From: Candidatus Poribacteria bacterium
GTDB taxonomy: Bacteria > Poribacteria > WGA-4E > WGA-3G
Direction: 5' to 3'
Length of the DNA: 64,000 nucleotides
Assembly (NCBI GenBank): GCA_965205025.1
Contig: CBDBFU010000014.1
Location: forward strand, 384,001-448,000
Each line of letters begins with the position of its first letter. Position 1 is the stretch's first letter. Of the stretch, positions 1 through 8,537 are shown piece by piece. A program made the position numbers and the translations under genes. A model generated the notes under the pieces. That model did not search any database and was not told the DNA's origin. It saw only the letters and a list, made by a program, of their open reading frames with translations.

Positions 1-83
1 TTGATATTGAGCAGCGAATGATTAGAATGTTACTTGAAAGTGCCCGTGAAGGAAAACTTTGAGATACAAAATGAAAGAACAGC

Positions 84-743
84 TTGGACAAAAAACGGCG
101 TGTTGAATTGAGACTTGATTTGAAAATCCTTGCTATTGATTCCAGTTATGATAAAATTACACAAGGTTCTTATGAGTATCGGAATCGATATGTTTATCCA
201 TACTTGGAAAACAGAGGTTTTGAAATTGTACGTTGTCAGGATCAATCAGCGCGTCGTTTTTATGTTAAATCTAAATTATCCCAAAAAGATATTGTTTACA
301 TAACAGGTGTAGGACATGGGACTGACACGGTGTATATAGGAGAAGATTCTAAACCTATTTTTGATGTGGGTAAGTATCAACCCGAAGAACTAAACAATAA
401 GATAGTCCATCTTTTTGCTTGTCACACTGCTTCTGAACTTGGACCAGACCTTGTGAAGCATGGATGTCTCGCTTTTTTTGGTTATGATGTTGAGTACATT
501 GTTTACATGCATGTTTCTGATGCTTTTTTCGACTGTGACTCTGAAATAGATCGAGCGTTTGCAGAAGGTCTAACAGCAGAACAAGTATACGAGCGCGCAA
601 TTGAATACTATGATTGCAAAATATCTGAATTGAAAGATGGAGGACACTACAAGGAAGCTGCAGCTTTAGAATACAACCAAGAACATCTCTGTGCTCCTTC
701 AGTTAATCCTAAGTGGGGAAATAAAAACGCGAGACTTCAATAG
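84..743 (+). CDS. Hypothetical protein with caspase/gingipain-like (clan CD) His-Cys dyad motifs
   Basis: 219-aa ORF. YITGVGHG and VHLFACHT resemble the strand-His-Gly and strand-Cys motifs of the caspase-hemoglobinase fold. Start codon uncertain. Confidence 0.5.
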   Translation: MDKKRRVELRLDLKILAIDSSYDKITQGSYEYRNRYVYPYLENRGFEIVRCQDQSARRFYVKSKLSQKDIVYITGVGHGTDTVYIGEDSKPIFDVGKYQPEELNNKIVHLFACHTASELGPDLVKHGCLAFFGYDVEYIVYMHVSDAFFDCDSEIDRAFAEGLTAEQVYERAIEYYDCKISELKDGGHYKEAAALEYNQEHLCAPSVNPKWGNKNARLQ

Positions 744-863
744 TATTCAAATAACAGACTTTATTTCAGCTTATATGACGCTTTTAATCGCAAAATTCTG
801 TTCTTCCCATTTTTCACGTAAAATTTCTCGGATCCTGTCTTTTGATGGACTGTCAGACATTGT

Positions 864-1448
864 TCACTCCTTATCATAATATTCGTGCAATTCAGTGATC
901 CACCACTGAAGAACTTTGTTATAAGTTGTTTCGTCAAATTTAGGTATACGGTTAATCTCATCACGCACAAAAGGTGTGCCGGTAAATCCATCCTTTGTGG
1001 GATGCATATAATAATCACCATAACCATTTGGGAACTCCATGGATAATATGTCATATAAACGCATATAAGCTCGCCCACCTTTACCACCTTGCGTTGTATC
1101 CTTTAGGCTTTCAATCAAAAGCGGAATATAAATATGAAGATCAGATTCGTCTATCCAATCCCATTCAATTGATGTAACTTGTTGATAATAAAGTTCATCA
1201 TGCACATATATTCCTGGCAGCTTAGAATCACCTTTTTCATTTGATCCTTTGTAGTAAATTTTAAGGACCGTTGTCCCAGGCCCCCAAGGTCCTATCATAT
1301 AACAAACATTACCTTGAACAATATGCGGTGAACCATAAACTTCCGTAAATGCCCCAATTCGGGGTAATGAAGGTTGTTTGGCACATCCGACAATAACAAG
1401 CACTGTGAGAACGAGAGTGAACATAGAGAATCTACAAAAGTTTTTCAT
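864..1448 (-). CDS. Hypothetical lipoprotein
   Basis: Hydrophobic N-terminus ending in lipobox-like VIVG-C; GGAGG-like RBS upstream. Confidence 0.6.
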   Translation of the reverse strand: MKNFCRFSMFTLVLTVLVIVGCAKQPSLPRIGAFTEVYGSPHIVQGNVCYMIGPWGPGTTVLKIYYKGSNEKGDSKLPGIYVHDELYYQQVTSIEWDWIDESDLHIYIPLLIESLKDTTQGGKGGRAYMRLYDILSMEFPNGYGDYYMHPTKDGFTGTPFVRDEINRIPKFDETTYNKVLQWWITELHEYYDKE

Positions 1449-1879
1449 GAGGGGTTGCCTCCAAAATAAAATATTTTGTTCCTATTTTAACCTTTGAAGA
1501 CATATATTCAACCTAATTACGTTTTCCATACTCACATTCGGCTAAAATAACCTCTCAATCTCAGCAAATTCTTCCTGTTCCCATTTCTCAGTTAAACGGG
1601 AGATATTATCATCTAACCTGCCACCAGCTGTGACCAGATCACAGTTGCAACTCAAACATGGCAAGCGATAACGTCAAGCATCTTGCGGTAGGTGGTGGCA
1701 AATTGCGTTGCAATCCTGCGGTGGCACCGCTTCGCAACGCACGTGCATTTATACCGTCTGTCTGATCATACCGATTTTTGATAGGTACACCATGCACAAT
1801 ACACCGGTGGGCAAAAATGCCGGTTGGAATAGTTGTATTCTCATTGAATTTTTCATACAAAACATGATATTCTTTGTAA

Positions 1880-1966
1880 GGACTCGTTACAGTTGCGGAA
1901 AATAAAGGAGACGATGTCCTCAAAGGGACACTCAATAGCATACTGAAACAAGCTGGTCTAAAATGA
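1880..1966 (+). pseudogene. hicA: HicA toxin C-terminal remnant
   Basis: Reads GLVTVAENKGDDVLKGTLNSILKQAGLK*, a typical HicA C-terminus. Preceded by an in-frame TAA and has no start codon. Confidence 0.7.
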
Positions 1967-1978
1967 GGTAAGAAACCA

Positions 1979-2196
1979 ATGAAATACGTTGTTTGTTTTG
2001 AAAGGGAAGGAAATAGTTGGGGGTTTATGTCCCAGATCTTCCCGGTTGTGTCGCTGTAGGAAAATCTATGGAAAAGGTTCAGACACTGATTGCCGAAGCT
2101 ATTGAATTTCATATTGAAGGACTACGTTTAGCAGGAGAAGAAATTCCAAAACCTACCACTAAATTACCCACTCATAAAACTTCAGGCGAACATTAG
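1979..2196 (+). pseudogene. hicB: HicB antitoxin, frameshifted in a G run
   Basis: MKYVVCFEREGNSWG, then after a one-base shift in GGGGG (2029-2033) continues VYVPDLPGCVAVGKSMEKVQTLIAEAIEFHIEGLRLAGEEIPKP, the HicB signature. Confidence 0.75.
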
Positions 2197-2249
2197 AATT
2201 CATTGAAACACAAGTTCCTTTGTAAAATCAAAACGGCATATATCCCGTT

Positions 2250-2725
2250 ACTGGGCATGTGTGCACGAAAACAATCAACTTTCTCTGCTAATCTCCTTGT
2301 GTCCATCCCTTAGCTTCCCTAGCTCCAGCAAGTTGTTTACCAAATGATATATCTGGTGGATCTCCGTTTTCTGACGGATCTTCCTCAGTAAATAAATCGG
2401 TATGTTGTACTGCATAATTCTTGATAAATTTTAATATTCTGGGTGTAGCAATAAACCATTCTCCTTCAGCACGGAATGCACCAAACTGCGAATGAATTCG
2501 TGATTCTTCTCTGGATGCTTCATCCATTGTATCACAAGGAATGACTCCCATGTCCCATAATTGAGCTTCATTTCCTGTCTGTAGAGTTTTTTGCCGTTTT
2601 AGAGTGGTGTGGGGTTTTGAAAGATTTGCGATAGTTCGTCCAATTTTAACAAAATCTGGTTGCTTATCACCGAAATTGCTTTTTGCAAAAAAATAGACTA
2701 AATAAAGTTAATTTTCATTAGGCAT
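2250..2725 (-). pseudogene. T5orf172/MUG113-type GIY-YIG protein with C-terminal XRE-HTH, inactivated
   Basis: ATG at 2725, TAA at codon 6, then VYFF..FVKIGRT..LQTGN..EESRIHSQF..GEWF. The HTH (FGKQLAGAREAKGWTQGD-LAEKV) is broken by a frameshift near 2290. Confidence 0.7.
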
Positions 2726-2910
2726 GATTAATAATTCCTATGAGGGTTGTCTTCATTAAACCATGTTGGGTAATCCTTAGACATTATAACGGGTCTATTA
2801 AGTAAATGTCAATTCTTCAATATATGTAGGGTGTGTAAAGTAATTGTCACTTTTACTTAACACCAATGAAATCTCAAGTCCAATTTATCCAGTCAGAATT
2901 TCGAGATTTT

Positions 2911-3275
2911 CAGCTTATTCTTTACTACTATAATTTTGATAATTCTATTTAAGGGAAACTGAGAATCTAATGATAAGTCTATTTTGTCGAGTTTTCTATA
3001 TCAAAAATACCGTACTCCAGCGGAGTACTATGTCTATAGAAAACAATATCGGAACAATCTAGCACTCCAGCGGAGTGCTATGTGCCAATACACTTCGTAT
3101 GAAAAACATATAAGTACTTAATACACACTTAAGTTATATGATAATTAACGGATGTGATTCACGGAGGATTGCTATACTTAAAATTATAAACCCTTATAGA
3201 GTAAGGGTTCGTAAAATTGCTCCGTGAAGGTTTCCGTGAAAATGCCATCATCTCAAAACGATAAATATTAACACT
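2911..3275 (+). repeat. About 365-bp direct repeat, copy 1 (copy 2 at 4256-4619)
   Basis: Near-identical sequence at an offset of about 1345 bp, starting cagcttattctttactactataattttgataattctattt. Confidence 0.9.
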
Positions 3276-4255
3276 TTTTCCATAAGACTTAAAAAAATTG
3301 AAGAAAATATAAACTTCTAACAACTAACACACATATATCACAATAACATAAAATAAATTAAATATATTTGTCAAAATGCAAATCAAATGATACAATACTA
3401 TATCGTTCACTAATTATAAACTAAAACCAATACATTACTTGAAAGATATGAAATATTGTTTATACCGTGAAAGTGTAACTCTCTTCTAATTATTTTGGCT
3501 AATTATTTACGCTTCTAAACTTTATGCCAAATTCAACCAAATCCACTATCTGGGAAATAAGAAAATCCATGTTAGAATTACAACGAAAACATTCAGAATT
3601 ATCACCTCATAAGCAGACACAGAGGAAAATCAATCCGAATTCAACCGAATATTTTTTTAGTTTTTCAAATTTTAAAATTTTACACCAATTCATCAAATCC
3701 TTTGTTATCCCAACCCCCAACAGGGTTCTCGGCTCATTTGAAAAATCATTTCTTAAAAAGCAACTAAAAAAACTTGAAAAACTAAAAAAACTTGAAAAAC
3801 TAAAAATAGACCGACTTCAAATCATAGAATTCGGGTTTCCCTGTCCGTTGGTTCAAAATATAGCAAATTGCACGTACAAAGAATCCTCCAAATCTATGAT
3901 TTATGAGATATGTTCCAATATCTTGTCAAAATGGATGGATAAAAAACTTCACATTCAAAAAATCCAAAATCAATGGATCAAAAGAAAAGTAAAAGACGCA
4001 AAATTCATCCCCACTTTCATAATTGGTGCAAATTCTTGTAACCTTAAAAAAAAATGGCTTTAAACCCAGTGTAGTACTAACGGGAGAGGGGTTTTATCAA
4101 TGTCACACCATGTGACAAAAAGTGTAACTTTATTCAACATATAAATAATTAATATATTACTATTGTGAATAACTGAAAAACTAACAACTATAAACTAATA
4201 ACCCTATGATCCGTGATATTCATGCCAAAAACTTTACACACCCTTTTGAGAATTA

Positions 4256-4619
4256 CAGCTTATTCTTTACTACTATAATTTTGATAATTCTATTTTAGAG
4301 AAACTGAGAATCTAATGATAAGTCTATTTTTTGGAGTTTTCTATACCAAAAATACCGTACTCCAGCGGAGTACTATATCTATAGAAAACAATATCGGAAC
4401 AATCTAGCACTCCAGCGGAGTGCTATGTCCCAATATACTTCGTATGAAAAACATATAAGTACTTAATACACACTTAAGTTATAGTGTAATTAACGAATGT
4501 GATTCACGGAGAATTGGTATCATTAAATTATAAACCCTTATAGAACAAGGGTTCGTAGAATTGCTCCGTGAAGGTTTCCGTGAAAGTGCAACCATTTCAA
4601 AACGATAAATTTTAACACT
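4256..4619 (+). repeat. About 365-bp direct repeat, copy 2
   Basis: Matches 2911-3275. Confidence 0.9.
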
Positions 4620-4755
4620 ACACAAAGACAACCTGATTTTCATGCCAAAAACTTTACACACCCTATGTCAGTCTATGACTTGACTTTTCGTAGTAGTCAT
4701 GGTAATTTGCTGGATATCCCTATTACATTATGTGGGTAACTATAATAAGTATACC

Positions 4756-5076
4756 CATAGGCGTCAATTTAGTAAGATTATACCATTTTCAATTGATAGA
4801 TTTACATTAAGACTTATCTGATACAGGGATTATCATATACATATATGAGTCCCGTAGGGACGAAATGTCTATAGAAAACGTGTTTATCCACTATCTTGAG
4901 TCCCGGGGAATGCCTAAATGGCATTCATACCGTTGATTTGATAGGGACAGAATGTCTATAGGAATCGTTATCACCAATACACCAAGCCCCAGCGGGGCGA
5001 AAGGTGTGTAGAAAACGTACAAATCCTAAACTAAGCCCCAGCGGGGCGAAAGGTGTATCCTAAATTGACGCTAATG
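4756..5076. mobile_element. 321-bp MITE with IS4/IS231-like ends and a 20-bp target-site duplication
   Basis: Ends CATAGGCGTCAATTTAG and CTAAATTGACGCTAATG. Perfect flanking direct repeat GTAACTATAATAAGTATACC at 4736-4755 and 5077-5096. Confidence 0.8.
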
Positions 5077-5151
5077 GTAACTATAATAAGTATACCCAAT
5101 GCATTGTTAATCCCATCAGAATTTGAATAATTGAAAATCTAAAATACAATT

Positions 5152-6093
5152 ATGTCACAAAATACAGCCTTTACCTATCACCCCGACTACCTAAACCACG
5201 ACACTGGTGCCGGCCATCCCGAACGTCCGGATAGACTTCGATCAGGTTTAGCAGCACTAAAAGACAGTGATGTATGGGACACACTTCTACAAATTGAACC
5301 AACTCCAGCCAGTATAGACCAAATTGCTTATGCACATAATCAAGGATATAGCGACTATATCAAACAATACTGTGAAGCGGAGATTCCACTAACCTATGAC
5401 ACAATTGTCGTTCATGAATCCTTTGATATTGCCCTACTTTCTACCGGAGGGGTTTTATCTATAGCAGAAGCAGTTGTAACCAACAAAGCGAAGAACGGGT
5501 TTGCAATGGGGCGACCACCTGGTCATCATGCGACACCGGGACAGAGTATGGGGTTTTGTCTGTTTAACAATATCGCGATTACTGCACGGTATCTTCAACG
5601 TGAACATGGTATTGGTAAAGTGGCAATTGTGGATTGGGATGTACATCACGGAAACGGAACGCAGGATATATTCTATGAAGACGAAACGGTTTTCTTCTTC
5701 TCTATCCACCAATCTCCACTTTATCCTGGAACAGGATCAAAGAGTGATAAAGGTGGAGGTAAAGCATACGGAACAACACTGAACGTTCCTGTACCACCAG
5801 GCAGTGGTGATGACGATTACATTACCATATTTCAGGATATACTGATACCTACCTTACGTGATTATGCGCCTGAAATTATCCTTATATCCGCAGGATTTGA
5901 TGCGCACTTTCTTGACCCATTAGGTAATATAAATATCACCGCTGAAGGATTTGCCACATTGACAGATATGATTATGGAGATTGCAGAAGAAACTGCTTCT
6001 GGCAGAATCGTATCAGCATTAGAGGGTGGTTATAGTTTAGAAGGTCTTTCTGGATCTATCGTGGCGCATGTTGAACGGTTGAGTAAAGTGTGA
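5152..6093 (+). CDS. Histone deacetylase family protein (HDAC/AcuC-like amidohydrolase)
   Basis: HPERPDRL, RPPGHHA, GFCLFNN, DWDVHHGNGTQ, SAGFDAH..DP, LEGGY motifs. Confidence 0.95.
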   Translation: MSQNTAFTYHPDYLNHDTGAGHPERPDRLRSGLAALKDSDVWDTLLQIEPTPASIDQIAYAHNQGYSDYIKQYCEAEIPLTYDTIVVHESFDIALLSTGGVLSIAEAVVTNKAKNGFAMGRPPGHHATPGQSMGFCLFNNIAITARYLQREHGIGKVAIVDWDVHHGNGTQDIFYEDETVFFFSIHQSPLYPGTGSKSDKGGGKAYGTTLNVPVPPGSGDDDYITIFQDILIPTLRDYAPEIILISAGFDAHFLDPLGNINITAEGFATLTDMIMEIAEETASGRIVSALEGGYSLEGLSGSIVAHVERLSKV

Positions 6094-6126
6094 TGTAAAT
6101 GATTAATTTCGGTTCGCACAGTAGCA

Positions 6127-7737
6127 TTAAGTCTGAAATTCCGAAGGGACTTCTTGCACCACAGGAATGACATAACTCCGAAGCGTAAGACCTGACACCG
6201 TCTCTGTTTCTACAATTGTCTCTGGGTTCTGACGATGATCAAAGACGATGTAATAGCCTTCCGCCGCATCCTCCGATTTCAGATAAGCGGCGAGTTGTTG
6301 TTTCCCTGCTGCATAGCGGCGTAGTCCTTCCCAAATCTTGGTTTCAACGATATATTTCTGCTGGTTGTGGAGAATAATCAGGTCAAGTCTGCCACGCCCA
6401 GTTGGAACTTCAAGGAACATCGTTCCCCCTACGGTGCGGACGAATTGGTCAAGATAGGCAGAAAGCAGGTATTGACCAACAAACTCATGTGGGGTTTCTG
6501 GCACTTGAAGGATCTTGTAACCTGCACGCCTAATGAAGTTCTTGAAATTTTCAATGAGTAGCCCCATCTCAATCTGCCCATCGGAAGTCAGATACTCAAA
6601 AAAATCTCGACTCGTATTTTCAGGAAAGTAGTCACATTCCAGTCCGTTGATCAAAGGTTGGAACGTCTGCATGATGCAGTGTTGATAAATCGGATTGACT
6701 ATTTCACACATACCCTCAGCATCTTTGGCAATAACGCCATAAGTGGCGAGTACACTGATGATTTCGTCGCGATAAACGAAAGGAACACCTTTGTCATAAG
6801 AGACGATTTTCATTAGAAGGGTTTCAAAACGGCGGCTTTTTTTGATGTTGGTCGTCAAATGTGATAGGTTGGTATTATCTTCCTCAAGGAGTTGTGTGAG
6901 TGCTTGTGCAAAGTGCCCCATCCTAATCGTCTCAGTTTTGGGAATATCCAATTCTGTGGACAGAATCTGTCCGAACCGGTTAACGAGGAACGGCTGTCCA
7001 GCAGTCTGTCTGTGAATAGATTCAATCACTTCGGGGGCAAAGGGTTGCCCGACTTCATCGGTATACTGCCCAAAGAGGTCGCGCACCTGTTCCACAGTAA
7101 AGTTCGGCAGATGAAATTCGTCTTGGATGTTGAACGGTGAGATAGACCGGTCGTAGTTAAGTTGTGTGATGTTCTTGACTCCTACAATACCAACACTATA
7201 CAGACATCGCTCCACTTCAAAATGGTAGATGTGGCGGAGTGTATGAAGAAAATCACTGACAGCGGCTGGCGGGATGCCATCAAACTCATCAATGATAAAG
7301 ACAACTTTCTGTTCACCGTATTCAACTGCCAGTAAACTCGCGAAATCCTCAAAAAATTCTAACATTGAACCGTGATGATTGAAGTGGGTGTTATCTAAGA
7401 GTTGGGTCAATGCATCAGAAAGTCCGTGACCACGTTTCTGGAAAACGCTTTCAATGTGCTTGCGAATCCTTTTGTAAAGCAGCTCGTAAAAATCTGGAAC
7501 GGAGAAGTTTTTATAGATATCAAAACTGAGTTGAATCGGAAAATAGGTTGGATTTTCTGCGGTGAGCGTAGCGAGTGCCAATCGGAAAAACGTTGTCTTA
7601 CCGGTCTGGCGAGGGGCAAATAGGACGATGTACCGTCCATCCTTCACGCGGTTGATGAAATCTTTAACCTCCTCAGTGCGGGGGACGACATAATGTCGGT
7701 CAGGTCGTACCGAACCTTGGGTACCAAACGTTCTCAT
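6127..7737 (-). CDS. AAA-like ATPase with C-terminal PD-(D/E)XK nuclease domain
   Basis: Walker A APRQTGKT, Walker B FIIDEFD, SPFNI motif, C-terminal E..GRGRLDL..IVETK. Confidence 0.8.
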   Translation of the reverse strand: MRTFGTQGSVRPDRHYVVPRTEEVKDFINRVKDGRYIVLFAPRQTGKTTFFRLALATLTAENPTYFPIQLSFDIYKNFSVPDFYELLYKRIRKHIESVFQKRGHGLSDALTQLLDNTHFNHHGSMLEFFEDFASLLAVEYGEQKVVFIIDEFDGIPPAAVSDFLHTLRHIYHFEVERCLYSVGIVGVKNITQLNYDRSISPFNIQDEFHLPNFTVEQVRDLFGQYTDEVGQPFAPEVIESIHRQTAGQPFLVNRFGQILSTELDIPKTETIRMGHFAQALTQLLEEDNTNLSHLTTNIKKSRRFETLLMKIVSYDKGVPFVYRDEIISVLATYGVIAKDAEGMCEIVNPIYQHCIMQTFQPLINGLECDYFPENTSRDFFEYLTSDGQIEMGLLIENFKNFIRRAGYKILQVPETPHEFVGQYLLSAYLDQFVRTVGGTMFLEVPTGRGRLDLIILHNQQKYIVETKIWEGLRRYAAGKQQLAAYLKSEDAAEGYYIVFDHRQNPETIVETETVSGLTLRSYVIPVVQEVPSEFQT

Positions 7738-7900
7738 CTCTTTCTCCTTTCAATCAAATTATATCCAAAAGATGAGAGTTTGTCAACAGCCAGATTTACG
7801 CAATTTTTTCAAAAGTTTATTGACTTCCTGGGCATTGATGATACAAATTTCTGCAGATTATACCATTTCATTTGATCAGGACTTACGCAAATTGAGCAGA

Positions 7901-8291
7901 TCTATCCACCAATCCCCGCTTTACCCGGAAACAGGATCAAAGAATGATAAAGGAGAAGGTAAAGCGTCAGGACAACACTGAACGTTCCTGTACCACCAGG
8001 CAGTGGTAATGACGATTACATTACCATATTTCAGGGTATACTGATACCTACTTTACGTGATTATGCTCCTGAAATTATCCTTATATCCGCAGGATTTGAT
8101 GCACACTTCCTTGATCCACTTGCGAATATAAACCTAACTGAAGATGGCTTTGCAGAATTAACCAATTTAGTTCTGACTGTTGCAGATGATATTGCATCAG
8201 GTAATGTCGTTTCAGCACTGTAAGGTGGTGTAGTCTAAATAGTATCTCCGAGTCTGTCGTGGCACATGTAGAAGGGTTGCTTAAGTGGTAA
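7901..8291 (+). pseudogene. Duplicated 3' part of the HDAC gene, degraded
   Basis: Matches 5701-6093 at an offset of 2200 bp. One-base deletion near 7971; TAA at 8221 replaces the Glu of LEGGY. Confidence 0.9.
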
Positions 8292-8537
8292 ATTTTAACT
8301 TGTAAGAATGCACAATGTGTGTTATTCTGAAAATAGTGTTACTTGGCAAATCTGCCCGTGTAGGTAAAAGTGATACGTTTCGGACGTTGATTTTTTGGTT
8401 GTAACAATATATTTATGTTGCCACCAAGGGTCGCTCCTACAGAAGAAGAACACCTATATTCACTTTTAGTATACATAGGTTTGCTTTGCAAGTCCACTCA
8501 TTTTTAAAACAGAGATTGAAATTCCTGGAGAATCAAT

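Larger units (their letters stand above)
2828..4664. mobile_element. Non-autonomous composite element with terminal inverted repeats
   Basis: AGGGTGTGTAAAGT at 2828 and ACTTTACACACCCT ending at 4664, flanked by ATGT on both sides. A second right end ends at 4244. No transposase inside. Confidence 0.65.

Noticed and set aside
1639-2112. 157-aa minus-strand ORF
   Set aside because: Antisense shadow of the hicAB remnants; no recognisable motifs.
3524-4063. 179-aa Lys-rich ORF as a transposase or real gene
   Set aside because: Composition follows the A-rich strand skew, it includes an 18-bp tandem repeat, has no DDE/HUH motif, and is not preserved in the related copy near 59.5 kb.
3014-5060. 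Possible CRISPR array from recurring palindromes about 50 bp apart
   Set aside because: Only pairs of repeats, the spacers are themselves duplicated, the repeats are dispersed, and no cas genes are present; REP-like instead.
5701-8291. Diversity-generating retroelement TR/VR pair (duplicated gene 3' end)
   Set aside because: No reverse transcriptase in the window; differences include indels and are not adenine-specific.
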